Source: Cirrosporium novae-zelandiae (lineage: Eukaryota). From it: a stretch of DNA of 64,000 nucleotides. The DNA lies in the NCBI GenBank assembly GCA_026023565.1, contig JAPETS010000007.1, positions 682,001 to 746,000 of the forward strand, in the 5' to 3' direction. Shown here piece after piece: positions 39,938 through 53,906 of this stretch (the stretch's first letter is position 1; each line of letters opens with the position of its first letter). The translations under genes were made by a program, and so were the position numbers. The notes under the pieces were generated by a model. It did no database searches. It worked only from the letters and a program-made list of their open reading frames with translations, and was not told where the DNA came from.

Positions 39938-41283
39938 ATGGCAACCACTACTACTGCGCCCTCACAGGGGCAGTCGGTGCAATCCGATATAGGGATGAAG
40001 GATCGATTCTTTCGTTATTTCCAGTTTGAGATTACTGGTAAGAATTCCTCAACTCAAAAAAACTTCTAGCCCTCGAAACGCGTGCTAACAGTTTTATAGC
40101 TCTTCAAGAACAGATGAACAACCTGCCCGAAATACCTCCAGTTGGGGGTGAACGAGCAGATGCTATTGATCACTGCATTGCTGGAATAGCTCACCTTTCC
40201 AATGAAGTCAAGGCCGCCTCCTTCTACCTCCCTGCCTACGACCAGAGAACCTATGTCGAAGTATGCATACCTATGCAATTTATTGGAATATAGACTAAAT
40301 CTGTCTAAGGCTATAAAAGCCCTTTCCGAGAAACTCGCAGACACGCGCGCATCCATTACCCCTCGTACCAAATTTAGCTTTAAAACTGCTCGGAAGCAAC
40401 CGTCGGCTATATCTCTCAATGATGCCGCTGAAATGGCGCAAGACCAGAACCGCCGACTTCCCGGTTATCAGCCTTCAGCCCAGTCTTCAAGTTCTGCATC
40501 TTCGTCTTACATGCCAACCCCCACAAGTGAAGACGATGGAACCGTAATTGTAGGCGAGACCAATGATGTGACCGCGGGAACTACCAGCAATGCTAGCAAC
40601 AAAGAAGTCGTTCCTGAAATAACTATCTCCAATTCTTCATCCATCAGCATTAAAGATCAGTCCAATTCGCACATAGTTCTCCCTTCTTCGGTTTTTGAGA
40701 ATCAATCCTCAGGGTCTATAACCAATCTAAAAAGTTGTGTAGCCGATATTTCTGTTGCAACGACTAGCAGCTCTCCGCTCGCAACTTTGACTGTTCAAAA
40801 TATCCAGCAGAGTTTGCTCATATGCGGACAGGTGGACGGAGCCATACATATTACAAATACAGAAGACAGTGTCATTGTGGTGGCATGCAGGCAGTTTCGT
40901 ATGCATCAATGTAACAACGTCACTGTATATCTCCTTTGTGGAAGTCGACCCATCATTGAAGACTGCAAGGGGATCAAATTTGCAAAACTCCCAGGATATT
41001 TTGTAAGGAAATCCCTGGATATCTTTCCTAAATTCGATAGGACAAATAATACTGACGAAATTTCACCCAATAGACATCGCAGCTAACTAAACCTCCAACT
41101 CGAAACCTCTACGACCAAGTCGATGACTTCAAATGGCTCAAAGCCGAACACAGCCCTAACTGGAGCCTACTCGAACCCCAGAATGCAGTCATCGATAGTA
41201 TATGGAAGGGCGTGGATCAGACATCCAGCTCTGAAGCCTCAATCGAGAAGGTGCTAGAGGTTGTCGGTGCTGTAAGGAGATGA
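39938..41283 (+). CDS. TBCC: Tubulin-specific chaperone C (cofactor C)
   Basis: N-terminal DRFFRYFQ...YLPAYDQRTY...PRTKFSFK; C-CAP/cofactor C domain ICGQVDGAIHI...VACRQFRMH...SRPIIEDC; final exon NLYDQVDDFKWLKAEHSPNW. Three introns. Confidence 0.93.
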
Positions 41284-43087
41284 CGAGACATGATGATATG
41301 AAAAAGAACACATTGTAAAGAAATGTCGGAGTTGTTTATTGGGCTTAGTATGGTTTGGAAGTTGGCAGGTTAGGATAGAATGGACGGACGGATGGATGGG
41401 ATTAATGAAAAACCCTATCTGTCTTCTGGACAGAAGCATTATCGACAGGACGACCATTGGTTGGTGCGCTATAATCATATGTGCCGCTCAAAAAATTTCC
41501 CTTTTGGAATAATCGCCACTAACGAATATACTCAATTCGTTTTTTCGCTGGGTGGATAGAAAAGAATGGATAGTTTTTTTTTTGCTGCAAGTTTTTGTGG
41601 TGGACGATATTCGAACCTTTTTTCGATATTCCATGTTCTATTATTCCCTCATCAAGCGAGTAACGTACTTTTTCAATTTCCATCTTTTTTGCTCTCTCTC
41701 TTTTTTGGGGGGGGAAGGAAGGGCTGCTGTCTCATCATTTTTGATATTTGGTTTTAATTTAAAATTTACTAAAGTTATTTTTTAAAAAATGGGAGATGGG
41801 ATTGCGCATAGTAGTACGACTCTTCAAGCCAGGTCTTGAAGTTGGAAGCTGAATAAAGTGAAATTTAATTAATTATATTGGCTGATTAATTTAAAAAGAG
41901 GGAAAAGGAGGGTGAAAGAAAGATAAAAGGAAAATTTATATTTATATATATGAATCTAGTACCCATGCATTCATTTATTCATTCACTAACTCTACCACTA
42001 CACCTATACGGTACTTTTGGATATTCCCCCCTACCTTTTTCTTCCCCTCCCTCCCCTTTCTCTCCTTCACTCCCTCTCTCTATTCGTAGTAGTAAGCGCG
42101 ATTGTCTTAAGATATTAGTTTAGTGATGAGAGAGAGAGAAAGCATATAAAAAAAAGAACAAAGATTGTATAAAAAACGTTGAAGCTATCAGGTAGGTAGG
42201 TGTAAGTGATCGTGTTTATAAGCAATAGCTATCTATAATTAGCCGTTGGGTTGGAGATAATCTATAACGGGCATAAAAACGTATAGTATACTTAAAAAAG
42301 CCTCAACCAAGCTGACTCTATTATTCAATTTCCAAGATTTTTTTTGAAGCAATTTATTTCCTTATTAGTTTTTAGGTCCTCTTTGCGTTGCCTTGCCTTT
42401 GCTAATAACAAAAAAAAGATGGTAACAAACAGCCAGCACAAGAAAGAACTGAAGGACCTGGGCCGTTTAATAGTTTTCAGGTCCAGGTCCAGGTCCAGGT
42501 GTTCGAGTCAAGTAAGCTTATAGAGTATGCTATGATACACCCGTGCATTAAAACTTTCTGCGAGAGGACAGGATGGGACGAGACAGGCTGATAGTAGTAG
42601 TGTGAAAAAAAAAATGAAAAGAAGGAAAAGTTGCATGGCCGCATGTAAAATGTATGGTACAGACCCCCCCTCCGGTATCCATCCGAGCCGTCAATATCAA
42701 TGACAATGTGTTAAGCCTAACCGCCTTTCCTTGCTCCATTGCATTTCGTTTCATCGATTTCCCCGCAACCGCCCCACAACACATGTACAAAAAAAAAGAT
42801 ATATTATACCCCGCGTTTTTTTTTTCGGCGCCCGTACCATCCGTACCGTGTTCCGAGTCGACAACGCATTCCCGTGATCTGATTTGACAATGTCCAAGTT
42901 TCGGAACTCCAGCCGCATAGTAGAGCATAAGATAAAAGAAGCATGTAGAATAGAGAGAGAAAAACATTCTCAGAAAAGGGTTTCATCTCCAAGATCTCCA
43001 TCACACAACTGCTCGTGCGCCGTGCCTCCTTGGCAAACCATATAAATAGAAAAGCATAGTAATTAAGATCAAACACAGTTCAAACTT

Positions 43088-45195
43088 TCAAGGACCAGCG
43101 AGACCTACTGGACCTGGATAATTCGGTGGTTTCGCGGCTAATACAGCCATTTTCTCTCTATCGTTCTTCTCTTTTTCCATTTGCTGTCGTGCAGCTTTAG
43201 TCATCCGTGGTTTGCGTTGAACGGTTCCACTACTACCACCGGCACCACCACCGGTAGTACGAGCACTCGTTGCTGATGCATGACCGTTGCTTGTTGCCGC
43301 CGACGTAGCACCACGAGCACCACCCCTACCTCCTCTGCCACCCCGGCTGCCCCGTCCGCGGCCTCGTGGAACAGTTCCATCGGCTCTATAGAAAGGATAG
43401 GTGTTAGTGCTGTGCGTTAATGTGGTAAAACAATCACCTAGAATATGAGAATAGAGACACTAATCACAGGGACATACCGTTCGATCGTTGGCTTCTCACC
43501 CTCTGGTACCAACGGCCCGCTGTAGACGAAAAAGCCATCTTTGCTCGCGGCTGCTTGTTCTAACCACAACTCCTCGCTATCGTCGATGAAAGGATCATCG
43601 CGATCATAGTTGCCTAGCTTGCTAGCCTTCTTGCGACTTTTGGGGGCAGGTTCTTCAGGTTCATCGCCAACTGCTCCGTCAAGGTTGCTCAGGTCGGGGT
43701 CAGATAAATCCACAGACATGTCATCGGATGTGCCACCACTTTTCTCATTTCTCTCGAGGGCAGAGCTGGCGGCTGCAATACGGGCCATGCGTTTCTTGTG
43801 TGCTGCCAGACGTGGATTTAAGGCATCCGCACCATACTTTTTCTTTGCCATCTCGAGGAAATTTACCGTCGTATTGAATTCACCCTTCTTAAGTGGTACG
43901 TGAATAATAATGTTGGGGGTGGTGTTAGTTTCAGAAGACGATTCAAAAGCGCCACCAAATATGTTGGTGGAGAGGAGGCCCGACCCAGAAGGCAGTGTTA
44001 TGGGTTCCCTTTGTCGAGCAGGTTTGGTGGGCTGAATTGCTGGTGACTTTGCCGGAGGCGAAGGTTTTCTAGATTGTGATTCATTATTTGTGACCTTCTT
44101 GGCAGGTGCTTTGGCTGGCGGTTCCTCATCAATGTCCATAGGCGTAGTAGAGCTATGTCCTGGCACGACCGGTGTGGAGGTGTTGGGTGCTGCTGGGGTC
44201 AGGTATGATTGTACATGGATTGTGGAGGGACTCGGCATCGCATTGGATGTGGGAGAGTGATTGTAGCTGGGGCCATTTTGGGAATGCGCTGAATTCTGGG
44301 ATAGTAGTGAAGGGTAGCTGACATGGGACTGTGGTTGCGGTTGTGTAGGTGGATCTATGAGGCTTGCAATCGAAGGCGATTCACTTGCTCGATTCACGGA
44401 CCGTGTGGTGGTGTTGGAAGCATTGTTTACTCCGGTACCGATGTTAGGTGACTGAGGTGCACTAAATTGAGTATGTGAGGAAGGTGGATCATAAACTGTT
44501 GTCGATCGAACCGGATCATATCTTTGACCACTACTACGTGAAGTGTTGTTGGTCATGGTGGAGGGTTGAGCATGTGAAAGGGTGGGGGTGGTGGAGGGAT
44601 TGTTGGTATTTTTGGTGATAGCCTCAAGATTTCCATTTTGGGAGGAGTGGTGGAGATCGTAATTAGGCGAAGTTGAGGAAGTGGTGGGATGTGAGAGAAT
44701 GTCGGTAATTTTAGATTGCCGAACCTGAGGGGCAGACGATGTTGCCTTTTTCGATTTGTTGTCATCCGACCCATTTTCCGTCTTTAATTTTTTACGAGCC
44801 GGTGCACTCCCATCGACGGGCCTTCTTGGTTTCCTTGATTTTGTCTCAGCACCATTGGAATTGGCCGTCTCTTTGAATTCTTTGGACTCTTTGGACTCTT
44901 TGGACTCTTTGGTTTCTCTTTTTTTGCGTGACTTTCTGGGAGGTGCAGGGGCGGGATTTATAGCTAACGAGGAATGATTCGTGTCGTCAGATACAAGACC
45001 TGCTACACCAAGAACTCCACCACCAACATTTCGGTTGGATGAGGATATATTAGATTTATTATGACTGTTTTGGGCGTAAAGTCGGGGCGAATGTGATTGA
45101 CCGCGTTCCGATTCAGATTTTGGTGGGGACGATAATTCAGGCGAAGAGGTGCGTCCCTCTTGGCCCGCCACTCTAGTACCACCACCGAAAGACAT
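43088..45195 (-). CDS. HPC2: HIR complex subunit Hpc2 (HUN/HRD domain)
   Basis: Long disordered region, then VNFLEMAKKKYG..ALNPR and HUN motif YDRDDPFIDDSE...ASKDGFFVYSGPLV. After intron ~43387-43477, an RGG-rich exon ends ...GLAGP* at 43088. Confidence 0.85.
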
Positions 45196-45559
45196 GGCGG
45201 ATCGAGATGATCACCACCACAAATAACCTCAATATCCAACTCTCCAACAACACACTATCCCTTTTTGTCTTGTAGAGGTTTATTACCGACCAAACTCACC
45301 CAACTTTGAACCTGATATTTTTTACCAGTTCTTGGATGAATGATTTCTTGATGTTGGAATACGACTCTTTTTGTTTTTGGAGATATCGATCAAGTTGTCG
45401 TTTTGTCGAGATGAGCCTTTGCAAGAAACGACCACGACAGTAAATAGAAAATAAAAAAAATAGCGACAACAAAGTTGGTTGTTGGTGTTGTGTGTCGAGA
45501 TGGAAATAAACCCACCGGGGGTTTTTGGTTGAATTTAGACGAAGCGACTGAGGGAGATT

Positions 45560-45629
45560 GATGGTGATGGTGATGGTGATGGTGATGGCGATGGTGATGG
45601 CGATGGTGATGGCGATGGCGATGGCGATG
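45560..45629. repeat. (GATGGY)n hexamer microsatellite
   Basis: About 11 GATGGT/GATGGC units directly visible. Confidence 0.9.
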
Positions 45630-46332
45630 AGAAGGATGATGCACGACTACCTGTTGTTAAAAGAGGTTTTGTCAATCTTAAATTATCTGATTCTAGATTT
45701 GGATGGTTGAAACTAGAACCACAAATGGTGGGAGTTAATAAGTAGGAGAGAGAAAGACGGACGAGAGATGAGGGGGGGGGGGAGAAAAGGAAGACAAAAG
45801 AAGAAGAAGCAGAAGAAAGAGCAGAAGAAAGGGAAAAAAGAGAAAATGAAAAAAGGTCGGGGGGAAGGCAGAAGAGGGTAGAGAGGATATATGAGGAGAT
45901 TTTTTTTTTTTTTTTTTCATTGAATCAAACTGGACCTTGTTTAGGGTAGTTCAAGAAAAGAAGGTATTAACTAGGTAGGATGAATTGCTCCAAGCTTCTT
46001 CATTCACACATCTGGCCATAAAGTGAAGGGTGAAGGAAGAAGCGACAGAGATTTGAACAAGATTATTGGGTCAACGGGGGGGATTGAATGAATTTTAATG
46101 AATTTAATGGCTTCTAAGGGATTTTTAATGGGGGGGGGAAAGAATTCTACAGGTAGGTTAGGTAGGTTAGGTACGGGTACAGTTGGTCTGTGATCCAAAT
46201 ACTTTTTCCCTTCTTCAATTATTCAAAGTCCAAGACTCAAAAAAAGACTTCAGCGAGCTTACTTGGTTTAAACGGGCACCTGGGGGGGAGGGGGGGGAGG
46301 GAAGGAGTACAAGGGGACAGCATACATAATAA

Positions 46333-46760
46333 CATACATACATACATACATACATACATACATACATACATACATACATAGTATAGATAGCATTAGTTAT
46401 AGTTAGTTAGTCAACAAGCCAACAAGCAAGCAAGCAAGCAATCAAGCAAGCAGCCAGCCCATGTTGAGCCATGTCATGCCTAGGTCTAGGTAATTAGCCA
46501 AACAAGAATGAGGCATGACAGTAACCAACTCCCCTCCCACGATGGAAGAAGACATAGAAGAAGACAAAACAAAAAAAAGAAAGCTTACACAGCTATCAGC
46601 CAACTAGATTGACCATAGAGACTATTGGGAATGGTCGGGGGAGGTGGTAGTGGTGGTGGTAGTAGTGGTAAAGGTAGTGGTAGTAAGTGGTGGTACTTAG
46701 TCGTCGTCGTCGGTGGTAGTGGTAGTAGTGGTAGTAGTGGTAATTTGGCAGTTTCGGTAG

Positions 46761-46803
<43 letters not shown>
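46333..46803. repeat. Microsatellite cluster: (CATA)12, (CAAG)n, (GGT/AGT)n, (ATT)14
   Basis: (CATA)12 at 46333-46380, GGT/AGT triplets at ~46643-46741, (ATT)14 at 46762-46803. Confidence 0.9.
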
Positions 46804-46804
<1 letters not shown>

Positions 46805-48182
46805 GTGATTTGCATTGATGTTTTTGATGTTGGAGAGAGTGTCGATGTAATAAATCATGTCTTCTAATGTAATATAAAATACCCAGATAATAGGAAATAG
46901 GCAATAAAATAAATCCATGAATCATCATGGGCAACCCCGGCCCAGTATATACGGCATTCGGCAGTGACATTAAGCTAAATTATTTCGAGAATACCCCCCC
47001 CCACTTCCCTCCCTTCCCTCATCTTACCTCTCTTTCTCTCGCTCTCTAATTACCTCCTTCTCCGATACACCAAAGTAGTTAATTGGAAAGCCAGGTTCTT
47101 GTGGGTGTACTTCAGACGAGAGACAAAGGGGGATTAGGGTCAATGCCACGAATCCCTGGGGAAAATATCGACCACTCGTAGCATCATAATATTTGAATAC
47201 ATGTAACCTTGAATCAAATATTGTCCGAGACAGGAAAACCTGAAAGAGGAAGACGTGTTGTAGTTAGTATTATCTAGGCACTTGATCTTGTTTTTATTTT
47301 TTATTTCTCTCTCGTGAGTTGTAGTAGATGCACCGTTTAATCCATGTTCCCTGTCAATTTTTGCCAGGGACTTGGAATATGTTTCAGAAATGCTATCAAT
47401 CGGTTGGGGGGGAATACTTATGGTGGGGGGGTGATATGTGTACTAAGTACCTTTGTAATTACTACTACTACTACTATTACAACCACTACTACCTCATCAA
47501 GACCTGAAGGTATGGGTTGGCGATGTATGGGTAGGTTCATCTATCCGGATCATCGCCGTCATGCCGAATGCCCTGTCGGTTCGGGCTCCCATGGTCATGG
47601 TCCACCAATAGGATTTCTGACGCCTGACTCCGAAAGCAGATCAATGGCTTGCATATTAGCCCCTTTGATCCCTGGATGGACGAGGGGGTGTATTGATCCT
47701 TCTCTTTTTTTGTGTTTGGTATTCCTGTCAAGTCTAACCGTTTCATCGGTTCTATAATATCAAACGTGGACACCTTATTGATTTTGATAGTGACAAGTTC
47801 AAAGAATTATGTTCTTTGTCAAACGATTATGTCGGATGGTGCCATTAAGATTTGTTTCATGAGTAAGACAGAGTGTACCGGAGTGTACCTTAGTAACTTA
47901 GTATCTGCAGGGGCGTTGGAGCCATGACCCACTATGACCAATCAAATCCAATCATCTGACTCGCCTGTTCTTTAGTACGCGCCAACCTTATTTTTTGATG
48001 AAAATGAGAAAAAAAAAAGAGCCGCCAGTCGCCAGTCGCCAGTCGCCAGGTCGCTAGCCGCAGCCCTTCCCTTGACCAACAGATGATGACAGTTGACAGA
48101 TGGAGAGTTTAGCTAAATATATTAATTTTCAAATATTTCCCCAAACTTTCCCCGGCTTATCTCACTGCTGATATTTCCCATA

Positions 48183-49568
48183 ATGGCTCTTCGAGGTGAA
48201 CGTTTTGTTATTGATTTATCTGATGATGAAGATGATCATGCTAGAACTCAATCATCGTCCTTAGCAACTGGCTTTGGCTTGATAGGTGAAATCAAGGAAC
48301 ACGCCACAAGCTCCTCTCCAAAGCCACCATCCCTTTCTAAACCTCAACCCTCAGGTACAGGCTTCCCGGCTCATAAGAAAAGGTCAACCGCATCGAGGTT
48401 TAAACAATCCAGAACCTCCAATAGTTTAAGCAATAACAACGACCACCCTACGACCCAACCTCGAAAGCAAAATGGTACGAAGAATGATATACGCTCTAGC
48501 AAGGATGAACCCTCGTTTGAGGAACAGCAGATGCGAGAAATAGACGAGGAGAATAAGCAGCGGATTAAAAACATGTCCCAGGAGGAAATTGAACATGAAC
48601 GTCAAGAGCTGATGGCCCAGCTTGATCCGGACTTCATTCGACGATTGTTAACGAAGGCTACGATTGATGACGACGAGAAACAAAATAAATTTACCCACGA
48701 ACTAGATGACGAGATTTCAGGCCCTACAGGAGAGGGGGATATAGATCAGAAATCATCTAAAAAGGTTACATTTGCTGATTCTGCTATACCTAATGCGAAA
48801 AATATATCCAGTACAGGGAGTATAGCTTTACCTTCCTCCGACTTTAGCCATGATTTAGATGCACATCGCAAACCTGCTTCTATGAGTCAGCATCCGACGT
48901 CAGACCCAGAAGCACCTCCAACGGTACCACCTGATGACCTTCGCCCTGTATCTTCACCTCTCCCCCCACTCCCTCCTTCGGTTCATTTTCCACATCCACA
49001 GCAACCACCGGAACTCGATCCTTCTTCGCCCTCCTTTCTCGACGACCTCCACGAAAAATACTTCCCTGATCTACCGACTGACCCCTCCACCCTTTCTTGG
49101 ATGAGAGATCCAACTCCGGACGAGACGTCAACATATACACCGGATCTTACCACCCTCTCTCCATCCTCAATCCGCTTCTCCTTCACCGGTATCCTCCTCG
49201 CACCTCGTACCTCGCTCTCCATGCCCACTAATCAAGGCCTGCACAACCACGCAGACGCCCCCGAGGCAGCCGGCTACACGATTCCTGAACTCGCACATCT
49301 AGCACGAAGCTCATTCCCTTCGCAACGTTGTATCGCCTATCAAACGCTCGGGCGAATACTATACCGCCTAGGTAAAGGAGAATGGGGAAATGAAGGAGAT
49401 GCGCTGGTTGAAGGGCTGTGGAGGTGCATGACCTTGGGTCGGGTGATTGATGGGATAATGGAAGCGGCGAGAAGGGAATCCGGAGGGCATAGAAGCGTAC
49501 ATGCTTATGCGGTAGAGGCTGCGTGGTTGTGGAGCCAAGGCGGAGGCAAAAAATGGAAGGCAGCTTGA
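48183..49568 (+). CDS. RBA50: RNA polymerase II-associated protein Rba50 (RPAP1-like), single exon
   Basis: RPAP1 N motif IDEENKQRIKNMSQEEIEHERQELMAQLDP; LHEKYFPDLP...LSWM; RPAP1 C motif RFSFTG...GLHNHADAPEAAGYTIPELAHLARSSFPSQRCIAYQTLGRIL. Confidence 0.92.
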   Translation: MALRGERFVIDLSDDEDDHARTQSSSLATGFGLIGEIKEHATSSSPKPPSLSKPQPSGTGFPAHKKRSTASRFKQSRTSNSLSNNNDHPTTQPRKQNGTKNDIRSSKDEPSFEEQQMREIDEENKQRIKNMSQEEIEHERQELMAQLDPDFIRRLLTKATIDDDEKQNKFTHELDDEISGPTGEGDIDQKSSKKVTFADSAIPNAKNISSTGSIALPSSDFSHDLDAHRKPASMSQHPTSDPEAPPTVPPDDLRPVSSPLPPLPPSVHFPHPQQPPELDPSSPSFLDDLHEKYFPDLPTDPSTLSWMRDPTPDETSTYTPDLTTLSPSSIRFSFTGILLAPRTSLSMPTNQGLHNHADAPEAAGYTIPELAHLARSSFPSQRCIAYQTLGRILYRLGKGEWGNEGDALVEGLWRCMTLGRVIDGIMEAARRESGGHRSVHAYAVEAAWLWSQGGGKKWKAA

Positions 49569-50852
49569 TTGAGCAGCCCCGTGCAGGGAAAAGTAAAAAT
49601 ATAAATACTGGGAGACTGAAAGAATCAAAAGCCAACCAGGATATGACATTTAAAAAAATAACTGCAGATGAAGAGAATGAGGCGAAAACATCGACAGCTG
49701 CCAAAGGCACCCTGATCTCTTCGAGTGGTTTACGTCTAGAAGCTTTAAGACGCATCAACCATCAATGAGCTGAACCACGAAGTGGAAATGGATTCTAAGG
49801 ATTTTGGAGCCTGATGAGCCACTATAAGACTAGACAGACATCAAGAGCTTATACATGAAATGCCCTTGTTCAGATAAAAGCCCTCTGATATCCACCCTTG
49901 GGTACCATACATGTATGTATGTATGTATGTATCGACGTGCTAGAAAAAAAAAGGGTTATAAGCACCATCGACCAACAGTCCTAAGAAGAAGAAGAAACTC
50001 ATAATAGACTTGGGGTCGGGGGGGGGTTCGCATTGCCTTGTTGGACATGATAGGAACAAAATTAAATGGGAAGTGGAGATATTTTCAAAAAAAAAAAAAC
50101 AGTTATTCATTCCAAGTCTGCACTACCATAAAAAAGGATTCAATTATTTCAAAAAAGGAATGAATGAATGAATGGCAAGACCATTTTTCTCTCTCAAGAC
50201 CCCCTCTCCCGTTATGTAAAAAGAATGTCGATATCATATCATTATTTATTGGGATCCGATATCTCTCCAATCTCCCTATATACATACTACATATTCAACC
50301 AACATAACATATTCCCCTCTTGGCCGGTGGGATCTTCAAGCATGCATACATGCATTTCATCAATCGAAAGCAAAGCCCCCATCCAGTTATATCTCGAAAA
50401 TAATTGAGCTGGTATTTATTTATGCTAACGGTAGGCAACCATTCTTGGAAGAAAGACTAAATAAGTGATAATACTGTATTGTACTTCTTTGGAATAATCC
50501 ACTCTGGGTTGAACATAGCTAATAGTCTAACCATGTAACATGAAAACGCTTAAATTTCATTCAGGCCCTTTTCACGAAAGTAAGCCACCTTGGATATTTG
50601 CCGTTACGGTACCTTATTTTGCGATGTGTAGGACTAAGTCTATTTCCTCCAGTAGTTGGTGAAAATGGTGCCCGAATGTTTAAGTGTGGTATAACGAGGC
50701 TGGTCGGGTGCCATAAATAAAAGGAAAATATGGAGAGCATATGACGTTTAAAATATTTTTGGTTTATTGGAAACTAAGGTATACATATGTAATAAACAAT
50801 TCATAAAAAATGTATTCCAACCCAACCCAACACCAGGGCCAGAAGGGACTCT

Positions 50853-53375
50853 CTAGCTGCTGTGTGCCTTAGCCATTGTGTTTAATGCGCTTCCATTCTT
50901 AAACCATTCGATTTGAGATTCGTTAAATGTGTGTTGTAGCTTGCAGTCCCATGCATCACCGCTCTTGGGGTGGACCCTCAAGGTGATGGGTTTTCCGACA
51001 GCCAATTCAGTGCACATGAGGTCAACGTGGTCATCAGGGTTGATCTTGTCGTAGTCTTCAGGGTTGGCGAAAGTGAGAGGGAGCATACCCTGCTTCTTCA
51101 AGTTGGTTTCGTGGATACGAGCAAAGCTCCTGGTGATGATGGCAAGACCTCCAAGATGTCTTGGCTCAAGAGCAGCGTGTTCTCGAGAGCTACCTTCACC
51201 GTAGTTCCAGTCTCCGATAACAACCCACTTGATGCCTTTGGCCTTGTAGTCACGAGCAGTGGCGGGAACAGGTCCCTCTTCGCCGTTGGTGAAGTTCTTG
51301 ACCTTGTTGGCTTGTCCGTTTGCGGCATTGATGGCACCAATCAACATGTTGTTTGAGATGTTGTCGAGATGTCCACGGTATTTCAACCAAGGACCAGCCA
51401 CTTGAAATGGGTTAGCCAACAAAGTTATATTAAAGCTTGAAAATCAAACTTACTGGAGATGTGATCGGTAGTAGTCTTTCCCTGAGCCTTAATAAGGATG
51501 GGGACATCCAAAGCATCCTTTCCATCCCAAGCAGGGAATTTCTCGAGGATTTGTAGACGATCACTGGTTGGGGAAACGGCAACACTGACGGAAGCTCGGT
51601 CCTCTGGAGGAGCTTGGTAAGTGTCACGGCCGGGATCATATCCGTTAGCGGGAAGACCATCTCCGGTTGGAGCCTTGAGCTTGAACTCATTTCCATCCTT
51701 GTCTTTAAGACTGTCGGTAAGAGGGTTGAATTTCAATGTACCAGCAATGGTGAGAGCAACGACAAGATCTGGGGAGGTGACGAAGGAATGTGTAGCAGGG
51801 TTTGCATCATTACGGCCAGTGAAGTTTCGGTTGTAAGATGAGAGGATAGAGTTTGGTTCACCCTTCTTGACATCTTTACGATCCCATTGACCAATGCAAG
51901 GACCGCAAGCATTGGCAAGAACAACACCACCGAATTCTTCAAGGGTCTGGAGCTGACCATCCCGTTCAATAGTGGCACGAATTTGTTCAGATCCAGGAGT
52001 GACAGTGAAAAGAGCCTTGGCCTTTATACCATGATCAAGGGCATCCCGAGCGATAGAAGCGGCACGAGACATGTCTTCATAAGAAGAGTTGGTGCAAGAA
52101 CCGATAAGACCAACCTTGAGCTCTTCTGGCCATTTGTTTGTGTCGACAGCCTCTTTGAACTTGGAGATGGGTGTGGCAAGATCTGGAGTGAAGGGCCCAT
52201 TAATGTGAGGCTCTAATTCGGAGAGATTAATCTCAATGAGTTGGTCATATTCGGCGCCCTCATCTTCATGGAGTTCCTTAGTGTATATCCGGGCGAAGTC
52301 ACCGATATCCTTTCTCTTGGTAGCAGCGAGGTAGTCGTACATTCGGTCGTTAAAGGGGAATACCGAAGTAGTAGCACCGATTTCTGCACCCATGTTGCAA
52401 ATAGTACCCATACCAGTCGAAGATAAAGAGGAAACACCGGGTCCATGATATTCAACGATTGCACCAGTACCACCCTTGACAGTCAAAATACCAGCAACCT
52501 TGAGAATAATATCTAATATCAAGTTAGCATCCTTATCCAGTCTAATCAAATAAATTTCCATGATATTTTACCTTTGGGGGATGTCCAGCCGGATAGTTCA
52601 CCAGTTAAACGAATACCAATAACCTTTGGAGCTTTCAATTCCCAAGGAAGGTTAGCCATCACGTCCACGGCATCAGCGCCACCGACACCAATAGCACACA
52701 TGCCGAGGCCACCAGCATTAGGAGTATGTGAATCAGTTCCAATCATCAGACCACCAGGGAAAGCATAGTTTTCAAGAACGATTTGATGAATGATACCAGA
52801 ACCAGGTCTCCAGAAACCAATGTTGTACTTGGCGCAAGAGCTTGATAAAAAGTTATACACTTCTTTATTTATGTCCTGAGCACGGGCAAGATCCTTCTCT
52901 CCGCCAACTTGGGCTTCAATCAAATGATCACAATGAACAGTAGTCGGCGTAGCAACAGAGGGCATGCCGGCAGACATGAACTGGAGAATGGCCATCTGGG
53001 CCGTAGCATCTTGGCAAGCCACCCGGTCCGGTCGCAGCTTCAGATAAGACTTTCCCCGCTCAATTTCTTGCTCATGAGGATTATCCAAGTGCGAATATAA
53101 GATCTTTTCAGCGTATGTTAACGGCCGGTTAAGCCGGCTTCGGACAATGGCCAGATTCTCTGCCATTTTTCTAGATGACATGTTAGAGGTGGTAAAATAA
53201 AAGGGTTATCAACAACTTACTTGTAATTAATGTAGTGACCCTTTTCCCAATTTGTCATTTCGACTTTCCTGTCCAGAGGATTATCACCAACGGTAGCATA
53301 GCAACGTGCAATTGGGCGCGGCCCAAAGGCACGCACCTTGCTACCGACGCAAGCCAGGCGCCTTGCGGACATCAT
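50853..53375 (-). CDS. ACO1: Mitochondrial aconitate hydratase
   Basis: Presequence MMSARRLA...; [56 protein letters not shown] (Fe-S cysteines), [24 protein letters not shown]. Three introns. Confidence 0.98.
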
Positions 53376-53884
53376 CTTGACTGGAGTATGACTAACAAAG
53401 CAGTCAGAGGGTCAAGACGGTTAAAGAAGAAGAATGAGAGGAGAGGGGAGAGTAGTGTTGAACAGAACAGGAAGAACAAGAAAGAAAAGAGGAAGAAGAT
53501 GTTTGAAGAGGGAAGCTTGGGGAAGTGGAGGCGAGACAGGATGTTATCAAGGGTAAGACTATTTAGGGAAAGCGTACCTTCACCCCGGTTCGTGACGCAA
53601 AAGCTATGATGTTGGATCTCGAACAAAGCCTTCTTTTTTTCCACTCTTACCCCAGAGAGTTGATTCCAGTTGATTCAAATTGAACCGATTCCGCCTTTGC
53701 CCGAACAATTATCAGTCAAAGAGAGTATAAATGAATCACGAATCCACCGCAAAGCATTGAGAAGAGAGAGAAAAGGTTTCTTTGGCTTGTAATTGAGTAT
53801 TTTAGATGAATAGTTGAGGAGAAGCGAATTGTTTAAAGCCAAAGTTGATCCGATAGTCGCTTGAGCGAAATACTGACAGACTGG

Positions 53885-53906
53885 TTAATACATTGATAGT
53901 GATTGG
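53885..53906 (-). promoter_or_regulatory. Candidate CBC:HapX bipartite site upstream of aconitase
   Basis: Minus strand reads CCAAT-CACTATCAATGT-ATT(AA), matching CSAAT-N12-RWT, about 510 bp upstream of the aconitase ATG. Aconitase is an established HapX target in Aspergillus. Confidence 0.5.

Noticed and set aside
45390..45644. His-rich 84-aa ORF upstream of HPC2
   Set aside because: Starts at GTG and simply translates a (CATCRC)n microsatellite; no other coding evidence.
46585..46970. Poly-Asn/Ile/Leu/Gly ORFs
   Set aside because: Frames through (ATT)n and (GGT)n microsatellites.
50970..53100. Many antisense and off-frame ORFs over aconitase (likewise over GAA1, HPC2, RBA50 and the permease)
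   Set aside because: Shadow ORFs arising from codon bias of the real genes.
10884..53375. Two complex I subunits and aconitase in one window as a respiratory cluster
   Set aside because: Separated by 13-25 kb of unrelated genes; most likely chance.
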